NCBI GenBank assembly: GCA_963745025.1
Contig: CAVUWD010000016.1
Span: forward strand, 512,001-576,000
Reading direction: 5' to 3'
Source: an uncultured delta proteobacterium
GTDB lineage: Bacteria; Desulfobacterota; Binatia; JACPRU01
DNA length: 64,000 bases
Numbering within the stretch: position 1 is the stretch's first letter; each line of letters begins with the position of its first letter. Of this stretch, positions 42,829 to 52,552 are shown piece by piece. The notes under the pieces were generated by a model, which saw nothing but the letters and a program-made list of their open reading frames with translations, searched no databases and was not told the DNA's origin. The translations under genes were made by a program, and so were the position numbers.

Positions 42829-43929
42829 CTAGGAGCCCTCGCCGCGGATGAAGCGCTCTACCTCTTCGCGGGCGACGTCGTCCGAGACCTGTCGCGGTGG
42901 GTGCTTCATGAAATAGGAGGAGACTCCGAGCAGCGGCCCACCGATGCCGCGGTCGCGCGCGAGCTTGCAGCAGCGGATCGCATCGATTGCCACGCCCGCC
43001 GAGTTCGGACTGTCCTCGACGGACAGCCGCGCCTCGAGCTCGATCTTCGCGCCGCCGAATCCCTTGCCTTCGATGCGCAGAAAGCACACCTTGTTGTCCT
43101 TCTGCCACGGCACGTAATCGCTCGGGCCGATGTGGACGTTTTGGCTGTCCATGCGCTCCGGGAGGTTCGACTGTACGGCCTCCGTCTTGGAAATCTTCTT
43201 GAAGTCGAGACGCTCGCGGTTGAGCATGTTGAGGAAGTCGGTATTCCCGCCGGTATTCAGTTGATACATGCGCTCGAGCTGAATGCCGCGATCGGCGAAG
43301 AGTTTGGCGAGCGAACGGTGGACGATGGTCGCGCCGAGCTGCGATTTGATGTCGTCGCCGACCACGGGGATCTTCTTGCGCGCGAATTCCTCGCCCCACT
43401 GAGGGTCGGAGACGATGAACGTCGGCATGCAGTTGATGAAGCTCACCCCTTCGTCCAGACACGCCCGCGCGTAGTGCTCGGCCGCCTTCTGACTGCCCAC
43501 CGGAAGGTAGCTGACGACCACATCCGGTTTCGTGGCCCTCAAGACTTGTGCGACGTCCACCGCCGGTGCCGAAGACGGGACGAATCGCTGCTCGGGCGGA
43601 TACTGCAGCATGTGGTCGGAAAACCCGTCGAGAATCGGACCCATCTCGACGCGAATCTTGTAATTGGGGAGCTTGGGGAAGAGCTGTTGGGTGCAATTGG
43701 GGGGCGCCAGGGCCGCCACCTCCAGGGGCTTGCCGACCTTCCGCTCGTCGATGTCGAAGGCGCACGCTACCTGAATGTCGCCCGGCCGATACCCGCCTAG
43801 ATCGAGGTGCATCAGCCCACCCGTCGTACCTTGCTTGGGCCCCTCGCCGTCCCGGTAATACTCGATCCCTTGGAGCAAGCTCGAGGCGCAGTTTCCCACC
43901 CCCACGATTCCGAGACGAACTCTAGGCAT
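42829..43929 (-). CDS. ino1: myo-Inositol-1-phosphate synthase
   Basis: GVGNCASSL, YLPVGS, GDDIKSQLGAT, QLNTGGNTDFLNM, KKISKT, EDSPNSAG, MKHPP. Confidence 0.95.
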   Translation of the reverse strand: MPRVRLGIVGVGNCASSLLQGIEYYRDGEGPKQGTTGGLMHLDLGGYRPGDIQVACAFDIDERKVGKPLEVAALAPPNCTQQLFPKLPNYKIRVEMGPILDGFSDHMLQYPPEQRFVPSSAPAVDVAQVLRATKPDVVVSYLPVGSQKAAEHYARACLDEGVSFINCMPTFIVSDPQWGEEFARKKIPVVGDDIKSQLGATIVHRSLAKLFADRGIQLERMYQLNTGGNTDFLNMLNRERLDFKKISKTEAVQSNLPERMDSQNVHIGPSDYVPWQKDNKVCFLRIEGKGFGGAKIELEARLSVEDSPNSAGVAIDAIRCCKLARDRGIGGPLLGVSSYFMKHPPRQVSDDVAREEVERFIRGEGS

Positions 43930-43976
43930 ATGCCGATCTCACCCCCGAGTTGGACAAAACGTAGTTAAAGTCAAAA

Positions 43977-44005
43977 TTTATAGGGAACGCCGCTGCCGTT
44001 GTAAA
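43977..44005 (-). promoter_or_regulatory. sigma70-like promoter of the ino1 operon
   Basis: TTTACA-N17-TATAAA in an AT-rich patch. Confidence 0.55.
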
Positions 44006-44049
44006 GCGACCGGGGAAGCTCGATTCGACCGGGCGTTCAGCCCACGCTA

Positions 44050-44098
44050 GCTCCGTAGGCTGCCTGGGCCGGAGCCGGTTCGCGACCAACGGGAGCGA
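44050..44098. repeat. Partial copy of the palindromic element at 57041-57117
   Basis: CCGGAGCcggtTCGCGACCAACGGGAGCGA matches one arm of the 57 kb hairpin. Confidence 0.65.
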
Positions 44099-44114
44099 TC
44101 TGTGACGCAACCTC

Positions 44115-45176
44115 CTAGCGCACCATCGCGAGCGCCTGATCGACCGAGCGGGCAAGCATCACAAACTGCTTGCTGACCGGGTGGTCGGGGTGAGTCACGG
44201 TGATCGGCCGGCCTACGTCCCCCCCCTCGCGCACGTCCGGCACAAGCGGAAGCTCAGCGAGCAGTGCGACTCCGAAGCGCCGGGCCAGGGCATCACCACC
44301 GCCCGATCCGAAGATTTCGTCTCGCTCGCCGCAGTCCGGACAAACGTAGTCGCTCATGTTTTCTACGATCCCGAGCAGCGGCACCTGCAGTTGGCGAAAC
44401 ATACCGATGCCGCGTTCGACGTCGGCGAGCGCGACCCCCTGGGGGGTGGTGACGATCACGGCCCCGGAGAGTGGCACCTGCTGCGCGAGCGTGAGCGCGG
44501 CATCGCCCGTGCCGGGCGGCATGTCGACGATCAGATAGTCCTGCTCGCCCCAGTCCACGTCGCGTAAGAATTGACGCACGAGCCCCATCACCATCGGACC
44601 GCGCCAGATCACCGGCGAGCTGTCGTCGAGAAAGAATCCCATCGACATGATGTCCACGCCGTAGCGCTCGATCGGCGCGATCTTGTTGCCGACCGAGTGC
44701 GGCCGGGCCTCCACACCCATCATGAGCGGCACGGACGGGCCATAGACGTCGCAATCCATCAGCGCGACCTTGGCGCCGGCTTGCTGGAGCGCGATGGCGA
44801 GATTCACCGCGACGGTCGACTTGCCCACCCCTCCCTTGGCGCTCGATACGGCTACGACGTGGCGCACCCCGGGAATTGCGATCTGGCTCTCCGCCGCCCG
44901 GGCGTGCGCGTGGAGGTTCTGGCCGCTGGTTTGCGCGGGAGCCGCAGTCGCAATCTCGACCGAGCGCACCCCGGGAAGCGTCGACAGGGCCTCGCGAATA
45001 CGCTCGGCGATCTCTTGCGCGACTTCGCGTCGCGTACTGACAGGCCGCAGCGTCACGGTGATGTCACCGCCCTCGGCGCGCGCGCCCTCGACGAGACCGT
45101 AACGGACGATGCTGTGCCGAAAGCCGGGAAACGCGACACGGTCGAGGCGCGAATCAATCTCTTCTTGGAGTGACAC
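44115..45176 (-). CDS. mrp: Mrp/ApbC/NBP35 Fe-S cluster carrier ATPase
   Basis: SAKGGVGKST, DVYGPS, WRGPM, DMPPGTGD, VENMS..CPDC; start GTG 45176 or 45194. Confidence 0.93.
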   Translation of the reverse strand: MSLQEEIDSRLDRVAFPGFRHSIVRYGLVEGARAEGGDITVTLRPVSTRREVAQEIAERIREALSTLPGVRSVEIATAAPAQTSGQNLHAHARAAESQIAIPGVRHVVAVSSAKGGVGKSTVAVNLAIALQQAGAKVALMDCDVYGPSVPLMMGVEARPHSVGNKIAPIERYGVDIMSMGFFLDDSSPVIWRGPMVMGLVRQFLRDVDWGEQDYLIVDMPPGTGDAALTLAQQVPLSGAVIVTTPQGVALADVERGIGMFRQLQVPLLGIVENMSDYVCPDCGERDEIFGSGGGDALARRFGVALLAELPLVPDVREGGDVGRPITVTHPDHPVSKQFVMLARSVDQALAMVR

Positions 45177-45308
45177 GGAGATGAGGGACAGCACTAGCCC
45201 GCGCTCGGCGAAAACTCAATCGGTGTCGCGGAAGATCGTTCGCGTCTTTCCCTTCGTTGACATTGACCACCCATTGGCCGATATCTCACGTCCTTCACGG
45301 ACCCTCCG

Positions 45309-46295
45309 GTGACGAGCGCGCCGAAATCCTCCCTCGCGGAAAGCCACGCCGCAGACGACCTACTCGCTGCGGACATGGCTTGCGTGGAGCGGAAGATCCA
45401 CGAGACGATCCGCTCCCGCGAGCCGCGCCTGATCGAGATCGCGCTCCATCTGATCGGTGCCGGCGGCAAGCGGATCCGCCCGCTCGTGGCGATGTCGGCG
45501 TTCCGGGCTTGCGGCGGCGAGGACCCGCGGGACATGATCGACCTCGGCGCCGCGCTCGAGCTGATCCACTCGGCCACGCTCCTTCACGACGACATCATCG
45601 ATGCCGCAGAAGTGCGCCGTGGGCGTGCCTCCGCCTATCTTCAGTTCGGCGCCGCCGACACCCTCGTGACCGGGGACTTCCTCTTCTCGAAAGCCTTCGA
45701 GATCTGCGGGCGCTTCGAGGAGACCATCGTGCGCTGGGCATCCGACGCGTGCATCGCGCTGACCGAGGGCGAGATCATGCAGGCGCGGCTTCGCCGCAAC
45801 CCCGCGGTCTCGGTCGCCGACTATCACGAGATCATCCGGCGCAAGACCGCATCTCTGTTCCAGGCCGGCGCGCGCATCGCCGCCCGCGTCGCCGGAGCCG
45901 AGCGCGGACTCGTCGAGGAACTCGCACGCTGCGGCAGCTCGATCGGCATGGCATTTCAAGTCATCGACGACCTTCTCGACGTGATCGGCGACCCGGTGCA
46001 GACGGGAAAGCCCGTTGGCATCGACCTCCGCGACGGCAATCCATCGCTGCCGATCGTGCTCGCCCTGCCACGGAGCCCGTCGCTCGCGCGCGTCTGGCGG
46101 CAGCTCGATGCGGACGACGACGACATCCAGGAGGGTCTCGGCGAAATCGGCCAAAGCGGAGTTCTCGAGCGTGTCCGACTCGAAGCGATCACCTACACGC
46201 GCAACGCCGCGGCCTCTCTTGCTTCACTTCCCGACACGCCGTACCGTGACTTTCTGGACGCCCTGATCCGCGAGCTGCGCGCCCGGGTGTTCTGA
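45309..46295 (+). CDS. Polyprenyl diphosphate synthase (IspB-like)
   Basis: GGKRIRP, LHDDIID..RRG, KTA, FQVIDDLLD. Confidence 0.92.
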   Translation: MTSAPKSSLAESHAADDLLAADMACVERKIHETIRSREPRLIEIALHLIGAGGKRIRPLVAMSAFRACGGEDPRDMIDLGAALELIHSATLLHDDIIDAAEVRRGRASAYLQFGAADTLVTGDFLFSKAFEICGRFEETIVRWASDACIALTEGEIMQARLRRNPAVSVADYHEIIRRKTASLFQAGARIAARVAGAERGLVEELARCGSSIGMAFQVIDDLLDVIGDPVQTGKPVGIDLRDGNPSLPIVLALPRSPSLARVWRQLDADDDDIQEGLGEIGQSGVLERVRLEAITYTRNAAASLASLPDTPYRDFLDALIRELRARVF

Positions 46296-46312
46296 GCGAA
46301 GGAACGGAGCCT

Positions 46313-47302
46313 ATGCCCACCGACCGCTTCGGACGCGAGATCGATTACCTGCGGATCTCCCTGATCGATCACTGCAATCTGCGCTGTGTGTACTGCATGC
46401 CGCTCACGGGGCTCTCGTTCGCGCCACCCGCAGAATTGCTGAGCGCGGCCGAGATCGAGACCGTCGGGCGCGCAGCCGTCGCCGCCGGCTTCCGGCGCGT
46501 GCGGCTAACGGGCGGCGAGCCGACCTTACGCTCCGATCTCGTCGAGATCGTCACCCGCCTCGCCTCCATCGTCGGCATGGGCGAGATCGCGATGACGACG
46601 AACGGTATCCTGTTGCCGAAGCTCGCCGAGCGTCTGAAGAGGGCTGGCCTCCGACGGGTCAACATCCACATCGACACGTTGAACGAAGAGCGAATTCGCC
46701 AGATCATGCGCTGGGGGGATTTGGCAAGGATCTGGCGGGGAATCGAGGCCGCGGAGAGCGCAGGACTCACGCCGCTCAAGTTGAATACCGTGGTGGCGCG
46801 CGACTACAACGACCGCGACGTCGTAGAGCTCGCGGCCCTCACCCGGACACGCGATTGGCACGTGCGCTTCATCGAGCTCATGCCACTCGGCCGCGACGAG
46901 ACCGCCGCGGTTGCGCGCAGCCAGTTCGTCTCGAATCATGATACGCGCCGCCGGATCGAAGACGCGCTCGGCCTGCTCGTACCGTTCCCGTCGCAGAACC
47001 CTACCGACGAGTCGAAGAACTTCTACCTCCCCGAGGCGCGCGGGATCATCGGCTTCATCAGCCCCGTCAGCGAACCGTATTGCGGCACTTGTAACCGCAT
47101 GCGCCTGACCGCCGACGGCAAGTTCCATCTCTGCTTGCTGAACGACGACGAGCTCGACGTGAAGCGCGCGATCCGGTCGGGCGGCGGCGTCGAAGCCGTG
47201 CGTGCGATCCTGCTACGCGCGGTCGCTGCCAAGCCGACCGGACACGCTCTCGATCGCGGCCGCTCCACCGAAAACCACGACATGTATCAGCTCGGCGGCT
47301 AG
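46313..47302 (+). CDS. moaA: GTP 3',8-cyclase
   Basis: YLRIS..CNLRCVYC, TGGEP, FIELMP, CGTCNRMRLTADG..CL, C-terminal GG. Confidence 0.95.
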   Translation: MPTDRFGREIDYLRISLIDHCNLRCVYCMPLTGLSFAPPAELLSAAEIETVGRAAVAAGFRRVRLTGGEPTLRSDLVEIVTRLASIVGMGEIAMTTNGILLPKLAERLKRAGLRRVNIHIDTLNEERIRQIMRWGDLARIWRGIEAAESAGLTPLKLNTVVARDYNDRDVVELAALTRTRDWHVRFIELMPLGRDETAAVARSQFVSNHDTRRRIEDALGLLVPFPSQNPTDESKNFYLPEARGIIGFISPVSEPYCGTCNRMRLTADGKFHLCLLNDDELDVKRAIRSGGGVEAVRAILLRAVAAKPTGHALDRGRSTENHDMYQLGG

Positions 47303-47694
47303 GAAGTCTCGAAGAGCGCGCGCACGTCGCTCGGCAAGCGCACGACCTTGCCGCGGCGATCGACGCACGCGTGCAGGGTGTGGCCGTCGGCAATCGGCAC
47401 CTCGGCAGAGGTCACCCGGTAGTCGAAGCGAAGGCTCGCGCCGCGCACTTCGACTCGATCGATCGCGACGTTCAGCAACATGTCGAAGCGCGCCAGGCCG
47501 CGGTAGCGGCAGGCGGCCTCCCGAACCGGGAAGAAGATGCCCGCACTCTCGAGCTCCTGGTAGGGGCGACCGAGCGCCCGCAGCAGCTCGGTCCGCGCCT
47601 CCTCGAACCAGAGATACACGCGCGAGTGATGCGCGGCCTGGAATTGGTCGGTATCGAAATACCGAACGCGGCGCTGGTATTCGAAGATCGCCAT
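47299..47694 (-). CDS. Acyl-CoA thioesterase, YbgC/4HBT family
   Basis: RVRYFDTD....HHS.Y..WFEEARTE hot-dog motif. Confidence 0.85.
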   Translation of the reverse strand: MAIFEYQRRVRYFDTDQFQAAHHSRVYLWFEEARTELLRALGRPYQELESAGIFFPVREAACRYRGLARFDMLLNVAIDRVEVRGASLRFDYRVTSAEVPIADGHTLHACVDRRGKVVRLPSDVRALFETS

Positions 47695-47732
47695 CGCAGC
47701 CGTTCCTAACCGACCGGTTGCCGCTTGGCAAC

Positions 47733-47764
47733 GTGGCGATCTCGGTTGTGGCGATCTCGGTTGT
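47733..47764. repeat. 15-bp tandem duplication
   Basis: GTGGCGATCTCGGTT x2 plus GT, immediately before a TTGTCT-N17-TAGGAT promoter-like motif. Confidence 0.85.
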
Positions 47765-47798
47765 CTGGATTCGGAGGATTCTTTAGGATGCGCTCCTC

Positions 47799-48473
47799 AT
47801 GGAGCACGCGCTCATCCCCGACGCACGGCGCGTCTTCGCTGGCGACTTCCTCGGCTGGAACGAAGTATCGCCGCTCGTCGGTGGAGACCCGCTGCCGGCG
47901 ATGTCGACCGCGAAGCGCGCCGCCCTCGAGCGATTGCCGTTCCGGCGTGATCAGCTGATGCGCGCCGCCGACGACGGGATGATGCTCGTTCTGCGCGTGG
48001 CGCGCACCGCCGCGGGCAAGCCGCTGACGATTGCCGAACTCGGAGCGCGCTTTCCCGGCCACGCCACCCCCCCGAAGTCTTCGTCGGACCCCTGGTACGC
48101 GCGCGAATCGTTCGCGACCGAGGAGACGTGCCGGCCGGGCTGGGCGCTCGTCGACAAGGGTCTGTTTTCGCGAAGCCGCAACCTGTCCTATCTCGAGCAA
48201 GACGAGGAGCTGCGAAACCGCAGTGACCTCCTCGGTTTATCGTTGCGGCGACGAACCGCGGTCGAGATCGTCTACGATACGTTTCTCTATGCTGCGGTTC
48301 GCGGCGAGCGGCTTCTCGCGACAGACTGGGACTGGTCGTCGAGCGCGACGAGCGACGGAGGATTCGTCACGGCCGGACAATTCGACGAACGGGGATTGCG
48401 CCTCCTCGGATACTCGCAGGCAGTGCGCTTCGACTCGCTCGGGGTGTGCGCCACGGCCGATGGAGAGATTTGA
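47799..48473 (+). CDS. Hypothetical protein (possible C-type-lectin-like fold)
   Basis: 224 aa ORF; C-terminal DWDWSSS..SDGG.V.AG.FD..GL....R...LGVC pattern. Confidence 0.7.
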   Translation: MEHALIPDARRVFAGDFLGWNEVSPLVGGDPLPAMSTAKRAALERLPFRRDQLMRAADDGMMLVLRVARTAAGKPLTIAELGARFPGHATPPKSSSDPWYARESFATEETCRPGWALVDKGLFSRSRNLSYLEQDEELRNRSDLLGLSLRRRTAVEIVYDTFLYAAVRGERLLATDWDWSSSATSDGGFVTAGQFDERGLRLLGYSQAVRFDSLGVCATADGEI

Positions 48474-48483
48474 GGAGACACCC

Positions 48484-48744
48484 ATGTACTTCGTCACCAC
48501 CAAGCGAGCGGGCTATGTCTTGTTCTCGACGACACCTAGCGGCCGGGTCGCCGTCGGTTTGACCGAGGATCAAAAGCGATTGCATCTTCTGTTCAAGGAA
48601 ACCGAGGACTGGACGCTCGTCCGCGAATGGCCGGTCGAGGAGTATTCGCACACCGACCTCATGCTGGCGCTCGGCAAGGTCGGCGAGCCCGCGAACCCGA
48701 AGGAAGTTCTAAAGTTGGTTCCCTCGCCGCGGGGCCTTCACTGA
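48484..48744 (+). CDS. Small hypothetical protein (86 aa)
   Basis: GAGGAG SD then MYFVTTKRAGY...; protein-like composition. Confidence 0.7.
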   Translation: MYFVTTKRAGYVLFSTTPSGRVAVGLTEDQKRLHLLFKETEDWTLVREWPVEEYSHTDLMLALGKVGEPANPKEVLKLVPSPRGLH

Positions 48745-48802
48745 GCACACGGCGCGACGGCCCCGTTTGGCGCGGGGTCGCGTGTGTGTTAAGGGGCGCG
48801 CG

Positions 48803-49987
48803 ATGAGCACTGGAGCCCTCTCGCATCTCCGCGTCGTCGAGGTGGGGTCCGGCGTTACCGCCGCGTATACCGCGAAGCTCCTCGGCGATCTTGGCGCCGA
48901 CGTCGTCAAGGTGGAACCTCCCCAAGGCGATCTCGCGCGTGAGGTCGGCCCGTTTCCCGGCGGCCGGGTCGACCGCGAAGCGAGCGGCCTTTTTCTGTAT
49001 CTCAACACCAACAAGCGCGGCATCGTTCTCGACCTCGATTCACCGGCGGATCGCGCCACCCTCGCCAAGCTCCTCGATCGTGCCGACCTGCTGATTCACG
49101 ACGTCGCGCCGGCGAAGCTCCCCGGCTACGGCCTTTCGCCCGACGTGGTGCTCCACGATCGTCGGCGACTCGTCGCCACGTCGATCACCCCGTTTGGGCT
49201 CTCCGGGCCTCATCGCGACTACAGCGCTTACGATCTGAACCTTTGGAACGCCGGCGGCCTCGCGTGCCTGAACGGAGGCGGGCCGGGAACCGATGACCTG
49301 CCGCCGCTTCGCACGTTTGGCCACCAGGCCGCATTCCAGGCGGGACTGAACGCGGCGATCGCATCGCTCGGCGCGATCTTCGCGCGCGAGTCGACGGGAA
49401 GGGGTCAGCACGTCGAGGTCTCCACGCAAGAGTGCCTGGTGACGATCCTCGAACTCACCTACCCCTTCTGGCCCTATTGCCAGCTCACGGCTTCCCGCCT
49501 CGGCAACAGGCCGATCCAGCCGCTCGACTTCTTCGAATGCAAAGACGGCTGGGTCTTCCTCTGCGCCGTCGAAGAGCGCCAATGGCAGACATTCGTCGAG
49601 GTCATGGGGAGTCCCGAGTGGGCGGCGCTCGACATCTTTTCCGATCGGCTGCAGCGTGGAGCCAACTGGGACGCATTGAAGCCGATGATCGCCGAGTGGA
49701 TGGCCGGGCAAACCGTCAAAGAGATCTACCACTATTTGCAGAGCCGCCGCGTGCCGATCGCTCCGGTGTCGACGATGGGGAGTCTGCTCTCCTCGAAGCA
49801 CTTGAACGCGCGCGGGTTCTTCGTTTCGTTCACCCTGCCCGGTGGCGCTCCGCTGCGCGGGCCCGGTGCGCCCTACCTGTTCTCGCGAACACCCTGGGAG
49901 CTTCGCCGCCCCGCCCCTCGGCTGGGCGAGCACACGGAAGAGGTCATGGCCGAGGTCGGTGGCGCAGCGCGAGGCGCAGAGCGATGA
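48803..49987 (+). CDS. CaiB/BaiF (family III) CoA-transferase, subunit 1
   Basis: LRVVE, LGADVVKVEPPQGD, NTNKRG, APRLGEHT; catalytic Asp apparently absent. Confidence 0.9.
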   Translation: MSTGALSHLRVVEVGSGVTAAYTAKLLGDLGADVVKVEPPQGDLAREVGPFPGGRVDREASGLFLYLNTNKRGIVLDLDSPADRATLAKLLDRADLLIHDVAPAKLPGYGLSPDVVLHDRRRLVATSITPFGLSGPHRDYSAYDLNLWNAGGLACLNGGGPGTDDLPPLRTFGHQAAFQAGLNAAIASLGAIFARESTGRGQHVEVSTQECLVTILELTYPFWPYCQLTASRLGNRPIQPLDFFECKDGWVFLCAVEERQWQTFVEVMGSPEWAALDIFSDRLQRGANWDALKPMIAEWMAGQTVKEIYHYLQSRRVPIAPVSTMGSLLSSKHLNARGFFVSFTLPGGAPLRGPGAPYLFSRTPWELRRPAPRLGEHTEEVMAEVGGAARGAER

Positions 49988-51198
49988 GCGGCAAACCACT
50001 ATCGGGAATTCGTGTCGCGGACTTCACGTGGGTTTGGGCGGGGCCTTTCTGCACTCTGCAGCTTGCCCACCTCGGCGCCGAAGTGATCCGCGTCGAGACG
50101 CGCGAGCGGCCCTGCGTGACCCGGCTTCTGCCCCCCTTCGCCGACCTTCAGCCGGGCCTGAACCGCAGCGGGTACTTCAACCAGTACAATCAAGGAAAGC
50201 GCTCGCTGACGCTCAATCTCAAGCATCCCCGCGGCCTCGAAGTCGCGCGCCGCCTGGTCTCCACGAGCGACGTCGTCGCCGAGAACTTCGCCAACGGCGT
50301 CATCGATCGGATGGGTCTCGGCTACCCGGAGGTGCGGCGGCTCAAGCCCGACGCCATCATGGTGTCGATCTCCGGGTACGGCCGCTCGGGCCCCGATCAG
50401 GACTTCGTTTCGTACGGACCGGCGACGGTGCCGCTGGCGGGCTTCTCGTCCGTGACGGGGTACAAGGGCGGGCCGCCGATGCACGTCGGCGTCTCCTACG
50501 GAGACCCGACCGCAGGCCTTCACGCCGCGTTGGCGGTGCTCGCGGCCCTGTGCCACCGACAACGGACCGGAGAAGGCCAATTCATCGACGTCTCCCTCTG
50601 GGAGGCGTCCGCGAGTCTGCTTCCCGACGCGATCTTCGAATACCAGATGAATGGGGCGCCACCACCGCGCGACGGGAATCGCCACCCGCAGATGGCGCCC
50701 CATGGGGTGTTCCGCTCGGCTGGACAGGATCGCTGGGTGTCGATTGCCGTCGGCACCGACGCGGAATGGCTCGCGCTGTGCTCGGTGATGAGAGCCGCCG
50801 ACCTCGCGGCTGACCCGCGGTTCGCCACCCCCGCCGAGCGCAAGCGGAACGAAGATGCGCTCGATGAACGGGTCACGCGCTGGACGACGACCCTTTCCGC
50901 CGAGGAGGCGACGGAGCGTCTGCAGACGGCGGGCGTGGCGGCGTTTCCGACGATGACGAATCAGGATCTCGCCGAGGATCCCCACCTGAACGCGCGCGGC
51001 TTCTTCGTCGATCTGCCACATCCGGAGGTAGGCGCTCGCCATCACGCCGGAATTCCGTGGACGCTTTCCGCCAATCCCTGCGCGGTCGCGGCACCGGCGC
51101 CGTGTCTCGGCGAGCACAACCGGCAGGTGCTCGGCGAGATCCTCGGCTACTCGGAAGCGGAGATCGAGGCTCTCTCCTCCGAAGGCGCGCTCGGCTGA
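49984..51198 (+). CDS. CaiB/BaiF (family III) CoA-transferase, subunit 2
   Basis: RVADFTWVWAGP, NQGKRS, ENF, SYGDPTAG (catalytic Asp), APCLGEHN; ATGA overlap. Confidence 0.92.
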   Translation: MSGKPLSGIRVADFTWVWAGPFCTLQLAHLGAEVIRVETRERPCVTRLLPPFADLQPGLNRSGYFNQYNQGKRSLTLNLKHPRGLEVARRLVSTSDVVAENFANGVIDRMGLGYPEVRRLKPDAIMVSISGYGRSGPDQDFVSYGPATVPLAGFSSVTGYKGGPPMHVGVSYGDPTAGLHAALAVLAALCHRQRTGEGQFIDVSLWEASASLLPDAIFEYQMNGAPPPRDGNRHPQMAPHGVFRSAGQDRWVSIAVGTDAEWLALCSVMRAADLAADPRFATPAERKRNEDALDERVTRWTTTLSAEEATERLQTAGVAAFPTMTNQDLAEDPHLNARGFFVDLPHPEVGARHHAGIPWTLSANPCAVAAPAPCLGEHNRQVLGEILGYSEAEIEALSSEGALG

Positions 51199-51207
51199 GC
51201 GCCGGGG

Positions 51208-52395
51208 TTACTCGCGGCGGCCGAAGATGAACGCCGGCAGCTCGCGGAACGCGCGTCGCTTCTCCGCTCCGCCGGCGGCGACGATGACGACGGTCATCAG
51301 CAGATAGAGTCCCGACAGGGCGTAGCGCGCGGCGGCATCCGTGAAGAGCAGCTGGCACGCGAACAGCGCGAGCAGCATCATCGCCTCGCGAATGCTGAAG
51401 CGAAGATCCGCGATGATCGACACCGCGTAGATCGACTGCGCGGTGGTGAGCAGCATCTCTTCGATCTGTCGCTCGTCGAGCGGCATCGCCAGCGGCGCGC
51501 CGGCCGAAACGCTGTAGACGATCGGCAGCATGCCGATCAAAAGCGTCCACTGATTGACGGCCGACGACACGAGCGCGCTGATACCGGCGTTCGATTTTCC
51601 CCCCCACGCGAAGAGGATGCAGACGATGAACTCCGGAGACTCGGAGGCGAGCGGCGCCAGCCACTGGACGAGCAGGAACTCTTCGATCCCGAACGCTCGT
51701 CCCGTCGCCACCAGCCCCTCGGCGAACGGTTCGGCCGCGAGCAAGATGGCGGTTGCCGAGTAGACGAACAGGAAGACGACCGCCAGGCGTCTCCTCCCGG
51801 TCGAAAGGGCGGCGATCGATTCGGCGGGGCCGCCGAGCTCCGGCTCCTGGTGTTCCGTGCGGCCCGCCAGCACCATGTAGGCGGCGAAGAGCCCGACAAG
51901 GATCAGCGAGTCCCAGAGGCTGATCGTCTGCTTCCAGGGAATCACGAAGGAGTAGAGCGTGGCGACGAGCAGAAAGAAGACTTCGACCGATTGCGATCGA
52001 TCGAGCACAAACGCGCGCGATCGCGTACGCAGCCACCCCGTCGCCACCACGGTCGCCCAGCCGAGCCCGATCAGCAGGCGGTTGGCACCCGTCATGTTGG
52101 CGGTGGCGAAGGCCGTATAGCCTTCGCGATGGGGTGCCTGCCACGCGAAATACATGTCGACCGCATACTCCGGCAGCACGGCAATGAGCGCCAGGAACGC
52201 CATCGCCAGCGCCCGTGGAATGTCGACCTGCGCGGCCTCCGCCGCCCACGAGAGCAGAAAGGCGGACCCGAAAATGGCGGCGCCCGCGGCGATGCTCTCG
52301 ACGAGGGGGTCGCCGTTCCCGAGGTGCAGAGCTCGCACGATGACCCACTGGAGGGCGAGCCCCGATGCAACCAGAATGTAGAGGAGATTACGCAA
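51208..52395 (-). CDS. Sodium/calcium (CaCA) cation antiporter
   Basis: Alpha repeats AVLPEYAV..NMTGANR and PLASESPEF..SSAVNQW; about 10 TM segments. Confidence 0.85.
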   Translation of the reverse strand: MRNLLYILVASGLALQWVIVRALHLGNGDPLVESIAAGAAIFGSAFLLSWAAEAAQVDIPRALAMAFLALIAVLPEYAVDMYFAWQAPHREGYTAFATANMTGANRLLIGLGWATVVATGWLRTRSRAFVLDRSQSVEVFFLLVATLYSFVIPWKQTISLWDSLILVGLFAAYMVLAGRTEHQEPELGGPAESIAALSTGRRRLAVVFLFVYSATAILLAAEPFAEGLVATGRAFGIEEFLLVQWLAPLASESPEFIVCILFAWGGKSNAGISALVSSAVNQWTLLIGMLPIVYSVSAGAPLAMPLDERQIEEMLLTTAQSIYAVSIIADLRFSIREAMMLLALFACQLLFTDAAARYALSGLYLLMTVVIVAAGGAEKRRAFRELPAFIFGRRE

Positions 52396-52552
52396 CGAGC
52401 TGCGGCCTCACACGGGTACGGGCCGGCAGCGGTCGGGCGCGGGCCGGGTCCAGCGCTCACGTCGGCCCGTTCCGCTCTGCCCGGCAGGCTCCGCCGGACA
52501 GTCGACAGGCCCAGCCGAGCGCGTGCTCCCGGCCAGCCTCGCGAAGAAGGAG

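Noticed and set aside
52396-52552. GC-rich hairpins between hup and the antiporter
   Set aside because: Pairing is imperfect and expected by chance at this GC content; no U-tract or second copy seen
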